DNA from: Octopus sinensis
Lineage: Eukaryota
NCBI RefSeq assembly: GCF_006345805.1
Contig: NC_043007.1
Span: 70,432,001-70,496,000 of the forward strand
Direction of reading: 5' to 3'
Length of the DNA stretch: 64,000 nt
Shown here: positions 37,943 through 51,500 of the stretch, in pieces
Position numbering within the stretch: position 1 is the stretch's first letter
How the letters are laid out: each line of letters begins with the position of its first letter
The notes under the pieces: generated by a model
Database searches by the model: none
Told to the model about the DNA's origin: nothing
What the model saw: the letters and a program-made list of their open reading frames with translations, nothing else
Translations under genes and position numbers: made by a program

Positions 37943-38820
37943 TGAGGGGGTACTCAAAAGTAACTGGAAATATTCTCTGTGGGACAAGCCTGTTGTAGTT
38001 CAGGCTTCCACTGCTAGATGCCATCTGATGCGACCCTCAGACATCAGTCTACTGACCAGCATTGTCCACTGAGGTTATACTGCTACATGGTGCATCTTTG
38101 TTTTGCAGTGCTTCTCCCATTTGTCAATCTTTACAGTGGCTGAAATGAAGGAACTGCATGCTTCCATGAAATTCTGTTTTCTGCTGAGGAAAATGGCGAC
38201 CAAAACAGTTTTCATGCTTCAACCAACATTACAAGGCCACTGTCATGAGCAAAACACAAGTTTACGAGTGGTTTCCATGCTTTAGGGATGGTCACTTGTG
38301 ACTTGAGGACCAACCTCATTCAGGGCAATTGCTGACCTGCAAAACAGTTGAAAACCTCATGAAAATTCATGAACTGATCTGAGAGGACCATCACCAAACA
38401 ATTGACAAACTTATTTAATATGACTGGTGTGTCCAGGAGCCGGTGCCAATGAATTTTGAGTGAGGAATCTCGAATGAAAAGAGTTGCAAAATTTATGCCT
38501 CACTTGCTCATGGAAGATCAAAAGCAGTCACGACTAAATGTTTGTCATGAATGGAAAGAACAGTTGGAAGTTGATCCAAACCTTTTTCAATGGTCATCAC
38601 TGGTGATGAAAGCATGTGCTACAGAATTTGCAGATGTGGAGGAGTTAAAAGGCATCACTTTGCAAGAGTCCCAAGACTGCTTTGAAAAGTGGAAAATTAG
38701 TCTGGACTGATGCAATGCTTCAAATGGAGAATACTTTGAAGACGTTAAAAGTGTAAACATGCAAAACTAAGAGAATAAAATAATATTGCAAAATTCTAGT
38801 TTCTTTTAGGTACCCCCTCG
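37943..38820 (+). mobile_element. Mariner-family element, internally deleted
   Basis: TIRs TGAGGGGGTACTCAAAAGTAACTGGAA and its imperfect reverse complement, flanked by TA; MKRVAKFMPHLL..DQKQSRL transposase remnant. Confidence 0.85.
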
Positions 38821-38834
38821 TATATATATATATA

Positions 38835-39120
38835 TGGCATGTAAAAAGCACCATCCAATCGTGGCTGTTGCCAGCCTCGCCTGGCCCCTGTGCCAGTGGC
38901 ACCCAAAAAGCACCATCCGATCGTGGCCATTTGCCAGCCTCGTCTGGCACGTAAAAAGCACCCGCTACACTGATGGAGTGGTTGGCATTAAGAAGGGCAT
39001 CCAGCCGTAGAAACATTGCCAGATCAGACTGGGCCTGGTGCAGCCTTCTGGCTTCCCAGACCCCAGTTGAACCGTCCAACCCATGCTAGCATGGAAAGCG
39101 GACGCTAAATGATGATGATG
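38835..39120 (+). mobile_element. RTE 3'-UTR-derived retroposon
   Basis: Standard body and (GAT)n tail. Further copies near 44205-44565, 48945-49295, 50690-50890 (-), 60600-60900 and 62290-62625. Confidence 0.85.
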
Positions 39121-39135
39121 AAGAGGATGATATAA

Positions 39136-39310
39136 AAGTTAAAAACATATAATAAATGCATCAACGGGAAACAGACACAAAAGGTCACCAAATCACTAGT
39201 TATCGTCCAGAGGGTCAAACGTAATTTCGTGCCCTTTGGCCAATAACTGATGAGGATTTGGTGACCTGTGTCTATTTCCCGTTTGTGCATTTATTATATG
39301 TGTTTAACTT
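39136..39310. repeat. Foldback (long inverted repeat), MITE-like
   Basis: Arms 39136-39203 and 39243-39310 are largely reverse-complementary; loop about 40 nt. Confidence 0.88.
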
Positions 39311-39399
39311 ATTTAATGGAACAGTTATTACTTTTGTTTACAAGTGATTATATATACACACATACATACACAAAAGTGTGTATATAATGCATATATATG

Positions 39400-40760
39400 T
39401 GTATACACACACATATGCATACGTCAGCTTCACTACAATGGGCAGGTTTTCATGAGAACCTTGTATTGCCAGATATCCCAGCCCTTTGTCATTTTCTCTG
39501 TGAACTCAGGGTTTTGAGGTCAACCTTAACCACTTCATCCCATGTCTTCCTCATCCACAAGCTCCATTCATATTTAGCGATTGGCACATTTATATACAGC
39601 TGTCCTCATCCACATGCATCACATGTCTATACTAGTGGGGTTTTCTTTCTTGCAAACTACATCTGACTCCCTATGCCCAGTTTTTCTCTCAGCACATTTG
39701 TAGCATGTCATTTATGCCCACTTACATTGCACATCCAAAGAGCATGCTTGTTTCATTTCTTTCCAGTCTTCTCATATCCTTTATGTTCGAGGCCCATGTT
39801 TCACTACCATGCAGCATTGCAGTTCTAACGCAAGCATCATACAATCTGCCTTTTACTGTGAGAAAAGACCTTAGTTGTCAGCAGTGGTATAGGTCCCTGA
39901 ACCTTCTCCAGTCTCTTCTTAGTCTACTATACTTTCAGAGTGACTGCCTCCCTAGCTAATCCAGGAAACAAGAAAGTGATAAGAAAGTGACATGGAAATG
40001 TTATGAGGGGCTGTAGAATGTAGGGAACGCATGGTATGAAGTAGGTCTTTGTGCTGTACTCTAGTGAGCTGTCTGGGCACTTAAGAGACTCAGTTTCTGG
40101 CGTGCTTGTATGAACTGCACAAGTGCATCTACTGTATATGAGGCTTACATCAAATACAGCAAATGGAGTTTATATCTATTCCTTTTCTGCACATCAAGCA
40201 GGGCCATTGCTCTGAAGGTACCAAGGTCCTGTCTTCTTTCCTACTTGCTAAAAATTTTGTGTTTGCTAGGTTTACCTTAAGACCTCTCAAATCCAGGTTT
40301 AGCTTCCATGTCTGGAATTTCTTCCGATTCCACTATGGATTCAGCTACAAAAATTAGATCATCAGCATGTAAGAGTTCTCATAAACAGCCACTCACAAAC
40401 ACCTCTGATGGCTTGTAGTTGTACATCTATGAATACTGTATCCATGGTACCTCTTCCAGACACAAAACCAAACAGCATCTCATCTAGATCAATCCTGTCA
40501 CGAATCAGTTGTACCATGACTCTCTCTCTCTATGAACATGATACAGTAATTTAATTCCTCTGTAACTGCTTCTCTCTAAGACATCTCCTTTGCCTCTGAA
40601 ACAGTTTATAACGATTGTGCTATGCCAGTCTTTAGGTATGACACCCTCTTGTAAGATTTGATTTACTATCTGGGTGGTAAACCCGTACCCTACCTCAACA
40701 AATATTTTCAGCTTCTCTGCAACTAGAAGGACCTGCAGTTTTCCCAATCTTCATCTCCTT
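39400..40760 (-). mobile_element. Highly decayed RTE LINE pieces
   Basis: EGVIPKDW...KGDVLERSSYRGIKLL and remnants homologous to 5482-7268. Confidence 0.75.
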
Positions 40761-41669
40761 GATCATCTTAACTATGTTGCTGTCAAATTGAATTGCTGGT
40801 CCCTCTGTACAAAGTACAGCACAAAGTAGATCTACTTCATACCATGCGTTCCCTACATTCTACAGCCCCTCATAACATTTCCATGTCACTCTCTTATCGC
40901 CCATATATCAGTGGCAAGTATAACTTCATCATTCTGAATATATTTCTCACCAATGATATCTCACTTCTCTTCCACACGGTTTCACACTCCTAAACACTTC
41001 ACATGTCTCATCCCCATGTTGCAAGACATGTACAAATCTCCTCTCTCTTTCACCCTTGGCCAAATACACCTGTTGTCAAGCTGTTCTTTTAGCCACTTGG
41101 TAATGCTCCCGATCCTCTTTCCTCCAGCTTTTCCATGCCAGTTTCTTAGCCTTTGTAGCCCTATCAAGAGCATTGTTCCACCAGCATGTAACTTTTGGCT
41201 TGGTTGCGATTTGATCCAGCCACATGTCTGCTCAGTACCCAAAGCAAATTATTTCATACAAATTTCAAGTTTCCAGCTATATTACAGAAATCTAAATCTC
41301 TTCCCAATTGTAGAATCTTTTTATTTCCATGGACCCCACCACCACCACCACCACACATGTGCATGTCTAAATATAAGTTACATATTTACATATATACAGC
41401 ACAAATAAAATACAGAAAACATATCTGTTATCAAAGGCTTTATAAATATACACACATTTCTCCAATTCAACTGATAAGCTTACACAACTGTTAGTTGAAT
41501 ATTACATAAGCTTATTAATTCACAGAATCAGTTTTTTGGCAAAACACTAATTTATTACTATACAAATTATCAACATCAGTGGAGAGGCAGAAGAGAGGGC
41601 AACAGTAGTAGGTTGTAACAAACAGAAGATAGAAAGGCCAAGGCCACACCCTTTTGTATTCATATGGTT

Positions 41670-41712
<43 letters not shown>

Positions 41713-41884
41713 GAGACATGCTTGTACACAACCATTCCTGTACATAGACAACAGAGAAGAGAGAAGGGAAAGAGATAACCACATAGTTGTTTAGACTCCA
41801 TGATGAGGGAAACATCAACAAAACTAGTAACAACAACAATAATAAACATCATCACTATTTAATGTCTGTTTTCCATGCCGGCAT

Positions 41885-42525
41885 GGGTCGAACTAGAGGC
41901 ACAAGGCCTGAACTTCTGTGGGTGAGTTAATTACATTGACTCCAGTGTTCATCTGGTATTTATATCATTGACCCCTAAAGGATGAAAGGCAAAATCAACC
42001 TCGGTGAAATTTGAACTCAGAACATAAAGACTGGTGAGATGCCACTAAGCATTTTGTCTGGCATGCTAACGATTCTACCAGCTTGCCACCTTGACAGTAA
42101 TAATAATAATAATCCTTTCTACTAAAGACACAAGACCTGTGAACTAGTTGATTACATCAACCCTAGTGTTTCACTGGTACTTAATTTATTGACTCCAAAA
42201 AGATGACAGGCAAAGTCAACCTTGTCATAATTTGAACTCAGAACATGAAGACAGATGAAACGCTACTAAGCATTTTGCCTGGTGTGCTAATGATTCTGCC
42301 AGCTCGCCAACTTGACAATAATAATAATGGTTTCAAATTTTGCCACAAGGGCAGCAATTTCGAAGGAGGAAATAAGTCAGTTACATCGACATCAGTGTTC
42401 AAGTGGTACTTATTTTATCAACCCCAAAGGAATTTGAACTCAGAACATAGCAATGAGTGAAATACCGCTCAGCATTTAGTCCAGCACTAATGATTCTGCC
42501 AGCTCACTGCCTTAATAATAATAAT
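41885..42525 (-). mobile_element. Three head-to-tail copies of the second SINE family
   Basis: atttgaactcagaacat recurs at ~42010, 42230 and 42432, separated by (taa)n tails. Confidence 0.8.
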
Positions 42526-42699
42526 AATAATAATAAAGTATGGTATGGTCATTCTTCTCAAAGTGGCTCTTCTGATGAGTAGTGTCAATGTCCTCTCTCC
42601 TACCTCATGTGTGAAACCTATTGGTAAAATGAATCTATAAATACTAAAATACAGTAGAAAGATTAATATACTCACTCTATAGACAAATATACAAATGCC

Positions 42700-42812
42700 T
42701 GTCTGATTCAGACTATATATGTATATATAGATTCAGACTATATATGTATAGATAGATTTAGACTATATATATATATATAGATTTAGACTATATATATATG
42801 TATATATATATG

Positions 42813-42845
<33 letters not shown>

Positions 42846-43307
42846 TTAAATTTACAGAAAACAAAAGACGAAGACAGGTGAGGGAACAACAAGCAGGTGT
42901 ATTAGTTTGACATTCAGGAAGAATGGAAAAGGCTTTGAGGTTTCAAGCATATGCTTTTCAACAGAAAGGATTGAGAGGGGGGGGGATATCAAGATTAATC
43001 AGCCAAAACTGCGAGGATGATCCAGTTCTTGACTGAAGATTGAAGGCTTCGAATGTTCCGTCCATGTTTTTTGTATCGTCTTCTAAATGTTTTGCGTTCT
43101 TGTCCCAGTTTGTATTTTTTTATACATATATATATACATACATATATATATGCACACATACATATATATGTGCACACATACACATATATACACATACATA
43201 TATACACATACATACATACACACACACACATACATACATATACACACATACATATACACATACATACATACATATACATACACACATACATACATATACA
43301 TACATAC

Positions 43308-43340
<33 letters not shown>

Positions 43341-43356
43341 CGTACACACACATACA
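42700..43356. repeat. Compound microsatellite block (TA/TG/TACA)n around a PLE-like fragment
   Basis: Visible directly; source of the spurious His/Thr/Tyr/Ile and Val/Cys/Met ORFs. Confidence 0.9.
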
Positions 43357-46084
43357 TGATTGATACATGGTGCAGTGTTGTGAAGTAAACAACATTTCCA
43401 TCAGTTCAAGTATGTTTGGGACATATTTGACTTGTAAAAAGGCCACTTTCATTGCAGTCTGCCACAGAGAAAAGTTTTCGCTTAAGGCAAAAATCATCTC
43501 TCAGTGCCCTTTATCAACTAATATATCATAGTATTTCAAGCATTTTATGCTCTCATCTGTAATGGTAACCAAGTGATACAACTATGAAATGACAGGAAGC
43601 CTTTGCTTTCTCATAAAAAAAATAAATGTAGAAATTATCAACTGACAGCAGCAAGCAGAAGCTGAACACTCACAACACAATGGTTACCAAGTAATAAATT
43701 GATTTCTAACATTGGTACAAGGACTATTGTAAACGAGTGGGTAGGATGAGTAACTGATTTAATATTTTCCAGTAGATGACTGGGAAATATTTCATTAGTT
43801 AGACTAACATTTGAGCAGGTTGGAATACAAAGAAATACACAGCATTTTCTCAGCTGTTCTCACCAGACTATTTATATCAAACAATCTAATGTCTAATTCA
43901 TATTAACTGATAAAAAGGTTAGTGTTGCTATTTAAAGACATCACATTACTTTGAAGGTTGCTACAAATATATTTTCATTAATCTAGCTGGAAAAGCACTC
44001 ATTATATTCAAGGTTTGACTCAGCTAAAATTACTGGTGTCAACACAGCATCACAATATCAAATTGATTTTATCAACAATATATTCAGTTCAAAATAAAAA
44101 AAAAAAGAACTTGAATCCAGATGGCTTAAATGTTCTTACTCGAGCTCAATATATCTGTATTGTACCGATGAGGTGGTCAGTTTAAGTTTGGCTTATTTAT
44201 AAAAGCGCTAACAGCTCCATCCAAGCGGGATCACTGCCAGAGCAGCTGTCTGGCTTCCGTGCCAGTGGCACGTAAAAAGCACCGTTTGAGCGTGATCGGT
44301 ACCAGTGTCACCTTACTGGCACATAAAAAACACCATTTCGAGCGTGGCCGTTGCCAGTACCGCTGGACTAGCCCTCGTGACGGCGGCACATAAAAGCATC
44401 CACTACACTCTTGGAGTGGTTGGTGTTAGGAAGGGCATCCAACTGTAGAAACTCTGCCAGATCAGATTGGAGCCTGGCACAGCCATCTGGTTCGCCAGTC
44501 CTCAGTCAAATCGTTCAACCCATGCTAGCATGGAAAGCAGATATTAAACGATGATGCTGATGCTGATACATGTGCCCATGGAGAAATATTGCCTTGCTTG
44601 GAAACAAGGTGAGGATTAGTGACAGGAAGGGCATCCAGTCATAGAAAATCTGCAACAAATAAACAGTTTGACCCATGCAAACATTTGAAGAGAGGGCATT
44701 AAATGATGATGATAATATGGAGTTAAATTTTGCACAAAAGAAGCCTTTCTAACGTTAAGCTTTAAAGACCAGAGTCTACAAATGATCTCAATTCATCTTG
44801 ACATTTACGCCAGACTGATTCTGTTTAAAGGTTCTGTGAAAGCTGCTGCATAAACAGACAATTCCACCTGAAACTCATTCATTACTAAGACATTTTCCAG
44901 TATATAAGACAGTCCCCAAGAACTCCCTAAATCTATAGAGACTAATTTCTGATAATATATAAAAAAAAAATTTGAGACTTTCAAAACAAAGAATAGTTGA
45001 AAATAAATCATTATTATTCAACCATCAGCATGAATGAAAATATAGAAATGGTTACAAAAACATTAAGATATAGACATTATAAAAAGAAAATGAGAAAATT
45101 ATAGAAGAGAATTATAAAAAAATTCAAAAAAAAAAAAAAAGAGGAATTAAAAACCAAAAGAATCCAGAGATTAAAAGTTCATAGTAATCCCTCAAAGATA
45201 GACACTAATCGAGGAAGTTCAAACAGTATTGTTGTTGATGAGATAGAAGTGAAATTCAGAAGATTTCTGAGTTGGTTCAATCAAGATAAGCAAGTAAAAT
45301 CCAGGGAATCAATAGTCAGAAACCTTGCAAATGAAGGAAAAATGTAGGTAATTCTTTACAGCTGTTTCTGGGGGTAAGGTGTTCATTAAAAGCAGTTATG
45401 TACATCATTATATATATATATACATACTAGCTTAAAACCCACTCTATCAAGCAGCTTTTAAGGTGACTCCTATGGAGGGTTCTTCATTGGACCTTAGGTC
45501 CAACAATGATACTTCAAGCATTGAATACATATTAAATTTTATTCAACTTGACCAATATTTTTCAAGCAATGAACAATTTTCATCAAAACAATGATATATT
45601 TTGTAGACTTGGAACTTATTGCAAAGCTGCATGATAAACAACATTTTTGTCTTCCTATTCAGGGGTCAATACAATGTTCTTCTGTCTAACCTTTCTCTCT
45701 CTCTGCTGATTGTTTTTAACCACCACCACAACTGCCATACACACACCATTCAGACTTCTGATGCCACCACCATCAATACCTTTGATTTCACCGCCTACCC
45801 CTCCACCATCATCACCACTGTCTTTCACATTGTTTACTATCACCATCATCCCTGACCGCCTTGGCTACCAACACCACCATTGCAACTACAGCTCATACTA
45901 TTACTATCACCCCATTACCATCACAACCGTCAATCTACTATTGCCCCAATCATCTCTATGCTTACTATTACTCTGACCCCAGCAGGAGGAATAGTAGAAG
46001 TGTCATTGAACAGTGAGAGAGGGTTTCAAAGTGTGACACACTGAAACACAAATTCGTTTTGGCATTTATTATAATAATATATAC

Positions 46085-46138
<54 letters not shown>

Positions 46139-46994
46139 CACACATATATATATACGCATATACATATATATATATACACACACACACACAAGATATTTTG
46201 GTGCGAGTTAGATAAATCAGCAGAGATGTAAGTTATGCAAACAATCTTGCTCATCATCAGAAGACAAATTCAAGTAGTGAGATCATAAAATATATTTATG
46301 CTTACATTGCCTAGAACCAAGTCACATTTACACCGGTCCTGTATCCCTTCACTCATAATCAGATTTTAGGCACTTGGTCTGATTTGAGCATTTATGTCTT
46401 GGCATTTTCTTATGAATATATTATACATGCATATTTATATTTTCAAATTTTGTGTTTGAAGCAGCTTAAGAATGTAAATATTACCAAGATCACAACTTTA
46501 TGTGTGTTAGTAAATGGTACAAAGCTGTAGTATTTTGTCTTCCTTGTGCAACAGACACATGCACACCAGACTTCTATCAGCATATGACTACCAAATTTTC
46601 ACACAAAATATTAGTCGGCCAAAGGCTACAAGAGTAGACACTTATCTAAGATGCCATGCAGTGAAACAAGACATGGAGCCATGTGGTTGAAAAGTGACAC
46701 ATCCATACCTGCATATATACATACATATATGTACGTACCTACATCTACATGTATATATACATGCATATATGGGTACAGGACACAAAAAAAATATTGAACA
46801 CAACGAGAAATGTTTTTTTGGTGTCCTGTACCCATACATGCATGTATATATACATGTAGATGTAGGTACATACATATATGTATGTATATATGCATATGTT
46901 TTATTTATTAATTTGTTATTATATGACGGAACGCACACATCCATTTCTAAGTAAGTTGGTTCTTTTTATATATATATATATATAATATATATAT

Positions 46995-47032
<38 letters not shown>

Positions 47033-47783
47033 TTATTTTAAATAGTTTCATCCATCTTGAAGTGGCTAAAAGTTTTGCAGGCCTCCAAAAGAAGTTACCA
47101 GATCTACACACACAAAACAATTTCAGTGTCGCTATCTTGAATAAAAAAAAAAACCTAGATTCATTCTCTTTTCTTTAGTACAAAAATGGAAATGTAAAAT
47201 TTCAACAGAAAGTTTGGAGTAAATTGAAAATATGCAGAGTAAAATAGCTGAGAATTTTGTGAAGGAGCAGGATACTAAGAAAAATCTAGTGGCTGGAACA
47301 ACATAGGTGTTTGGCCTCTGAGAATTAGTAGCTGATGGATTATATAGCAGAATGATAACAGCCACTTAAGTTTTGTAAAAAGGCATGTTCAGAAATGAGG
47401 TGAGAAGGTGGGGTGTACTGATATATAAATAGAACAAATAGCAAGCAAGCAGCCTTCAGTTATTTCTCAGCCAAAAAAAAAAAAAAAGTAACAGACAAGG
47501 ATGTGTTAGATTTGCTTTTCCAACCAAAGGATTAAAAAGTGATCTCTTTTAGTTTTCTTTTTGAAGATTTACATGCATTTCTTTAATGCTTCTGTTTTAT
47601 GTTCTAAATCAAATTAGAGCAAAGTGTTTAATAAATCCAATAAAATTTCTTTAAACATTGTTTTTCAAAAAAGAACATTAACCATTCTCAACCTTACTTA
47701 AAAAGCAGATGGTATCTAGCTTTTGTGGTTCTTTAATGCTGCTATTTCACTATCAATATATAGGATTTCATTTACCTTTAAGA

Positions 47784-47829
<46 letters not shown>

Positions 47830-48472
47830 GGGGGGGTAGTTATAAGATTTATTAGATTCAATGCACATCAACACATAGGATACCAAAAATGGCTAGGTGC
47901 AATAACAGGGTTCATAGTGAGGTAAAGCAATCAAGAAGGTGTCTTGTGTTGCTTAGGATATTGTAGATATGTAAAAGTACCAAATCCAATTTAAACTGTA
48001 GATCAGACTCAGGGTTGGATCTAGGGGCAATAATAGGTATAAAAAAGGACACATGTGGGGTTTTAAATTCATGCTGGCTGTTTTGGTAGAATTTGAGGTA
48101 TTCATAGATTACATTGCAGCATGTAATCCACCGTATTCAGGTAAAATTTTAAATGGGTATAAACAGATGTGATAAAAGCTTGATGATGAATCCAACAAAT
48201 ATTGAATAAGTGGTAGTTTAAAAAATAACAAATTTACAGAAAAATTAGGAGTTGTTATAACAGGCATGTGAGAAGTAAAGCGATCAAACTGTTGTTTCGT
48301 AACAGTTATCTTAATTAGTCTATAGCCAAAACTACCTGTGAGGACGTGCAAGAATCACAAACAAGCTGTAACCAAGATACGTCATTACAGTCTTTATAAC
48401 CAAGAAGATATCTTTGTTAGCTGTTGTAAGTTTCAAAACCCCATTAGTGTTCTTATACACATATTTATTTAT

Positions 48473-48513
<41 letters not shown>

Positions 48514-51500
48514 CTGAAAACAGTACTTGATGAGGACTTAATTTATTTGCCTGGATTTGAATTTAAACAGATAAGAACATAAATACTTGTAAAGCATTAT
48601 TTAATCCTTTGTTTTATCACTGCAGCTTACCAGCATACACCATTGTTAAAAGCAACATGGACTTCTAATTTTGGTATAAGACCAGCAATATTAGGTGGGG
48701 GGGTGAGGGGGGGGGACAAAGTCGATTACATTAACCTCAGAGTCCAACTGGTGTTTTATCTTATTGAGCCTGAAAGGATAAAAATCAAAATTGACCTTGG
48801 TTAGAACATAAAGAGCCAGGAAAAATGCTGCTAAGTGAGATTGCAGCCATGCATGTCCAGCCCAGTTAAGAGCACTCCTGATGCATTGGGCAATGATAAG
48901 CTTGAGAGGACCTCTTGAGTGAAGTAAAACCAATGTCGTAGCTGTGGCTAGCGCCCCATGACTGGCTCCTGTGCTGATGGCACATAAAAAGCAATATCTG
49001 AACATGGCCAATGCCAGTACCCACTGACTGACCCCACACCCTGTGCCAATGGCACATAAAAAACACTATCCAAACATGATCGATGCCAAGCCCACCTGAC
49101 TGGCTCCCGAGCCGGTGGCACATAAAAAAGCACCCACTACATTCTCAGAGTAGTTGGTGTTAGGAAGGGCATCCAGCTGTAGAAACATTGCCAGATCAGA
49201 TTGGAGCCTGGTGCAGCTGCTGGCTCTCCAGACCTGTCAAACCGTCCAACTCATGCCAGCATGGAAAACGGACATTAAACAATGATGATGATGATTGGTA
49301 ACAATTCTGCAGTTTGCCATAGTAATAATAATGATCCTTTCTACTAAAGGCACAAGGACTGAAATTTGTGGGGAGGGGACTAGCCAATTACATCCCACCC
49401 ACCCTCAAGTGTTTCACTGATAATGTATTGACTCCAAAAGGATGAAAGGCAAAGGCAACCTCAGCACAATTTGAACTCAGAACTTAGTGAGACGAAATAC
49501 TACTAAGCACTTCGTCCAGCGCAATAATGATTCTGCCAGCTTGCCACCTTAATAATAACTGTTGGAGAATGAATAGCTGCAATTAATAGGTGTGATAAAA
49601 ATTCACAGACAACTATTCTAACTATGTTACAGATGTAATTGATATATTAGTTTCTGAATGTTTTTGAAATTAATATTTCCTCATCAGTTGAAGATTCTGA
49701 AAACAATAAAAAGAACACACCTATCTATTTTGTGGTTCCTTCTTTAAGATCAAATATACAATCTCAATGATTCCAACTTTGTCCTATACTTAAGTTGGGT
49801 GTCAGCTTTCGCATTATGGACACCTCTGCTCTTCTAAGATATACCATGTTAAAATATATTCTCTTGTACTCTAGGCACAAGACCCAAAATGTTTTCTGAG
49901 GGGTGGGGGAGTTCAGTTGATTAGATCGATCCCAGTATGCAACTGGTACCTAATTTATTGACTCCAAAACGGTGAAAGACAAAGTCAACCTTGGCGAAAT
50001 TTGAACTCAGAATGTAAAGAGAGACAAAAAACTGCTAAGCATTTTGCCCGGTGTGCTAACGTTTCTGCCAGCTTGCATGTTTAAAGTATATTGACAAAAC
50101 TTGCCTTTTTCACTATCAAAGATAAAAGTAAATGATGGACTCACATTACTGTTAATTTTCTAGTCACCCTCATTAACTCTGTATTACCACACTCATATTT
50201 CAAATTATACAGCACACAGAGACAGTGACAATTATAAAAACCTAGGAAGCATGTTCCAAGACAAAATAGCTAATCATTGTTATCATCACTTTCCGGTCTC
50301 TGTGGCTAAAAAGGAGACAATCACTCTGAAATGCATGCATCCCAAAGTTTCGTTAGGTGATACTGTGAGCTGACAGTGTATTTTACACCTATTTGCCTAC
50401 AGCGAGAAATTTTCTCCATGACAAATCAGTGTCCCAGCATGGTTGCAGTCTAATGACTGAAACAAGTAAAAAATAATATCTCTACAGTAATCCCGACAAC
50501 AGTGCACAAGATACATCAACACATAATTTTAAGGCTGGTGCTGTTGCTGACTGTTCAGGAAAAGTATAGAGAGGAAAACAATAGCAGAGGGCAAGCACAA
50601 GCAGTCAGAGCATTAGTTATGTGACAAAACATCTAATGTTTGAAGTTCTTTGAGATAATAAAGAATTCTTTAGTTTGAAAACTGTGCACATCATCATCAT
50701 TTAACGTCCGCTTTCCATGCTTGCATGGGTTGGACGATTTGACTGAGGTCTGGTGAACTAGACTCCAATCTGATCTGGCAGAGTTTCTACAGCTGGATGC
50801 CCTTCCTAATGCCAACCACTCCGAGAGTGTAGTGGGTGCTTTTACGTGCCACCGGCATGAGGGCCAGTTAGGTGGTACTGGCAACGGCATTCAACTAAAA
50901 TATGTCCAACTTGAAGTACAAAGGAATTTCTGATCTTTAAGAGACCAAATAAAGTTGTGAAAACAAAAACTACTCAAAGAGTGGAGTGGGAACAGAAATA
51001 AACTAAAGCAGCTAAAATCTGAAGACATTAAACAAGAGCTGGTTTTAGTTTTGCTCAACCCCAGACTATTCTAATTTTCACATTTCAGGTTCTATATTTC
51101 ATTCTGAATCAAGAACAAAGACAACTCTGACAACATAACGTTGATCTTTTAATTCTCGACTAAAAATGTTGCCATTTCTAACATCTTCATATTATTTTTA
51201 GCACCAAGTCAAGAGTTAGAGTGTTTTTAGATAACTCTAAATGCAAAAAGAAAAGCCCCCCACACACACACACACACCACTCTAAACATTATATGACCTA
51301 GAATTAGTTTGCTATTTATCAGAAGCAATTTATTTCAATGAACATGTATTATTTGAACAGTAAAAGTAAATGACAGCTTGAATGACCATCAGGACAATGG
51401 TTGAGAGCCAGTCTGTTGTTGTGGCTCAGCTAAACTAATATCCAACATTGAAACAAAGATGTTAATCAAATACACAACTGTTACTTTTATTTAGGTGATG

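Noticed and set aside
42929-42970. Hammerhead-like motif on the minus strand (CTGTTGA...GAAACCTC); weaker ones near 24016, 42570, 43030 and 45355
   Set aside because: Core or helix III mutated; at best inactive Penelope-type remnants.
42995-43497. Overlapping 88-125 aa ORFs (MYVCV..., HTHIY...) and similar ones at 22808, 36634, 45968 and 58329
   Set aside because: Translations of TA/CA/TACA microsatellites.
45700-45960. Pro/Thr/His-rich ORFs (45710..45976 etc.)
   Set aside because: Degenerate (CAC/CAT)n low-complexity sequence.
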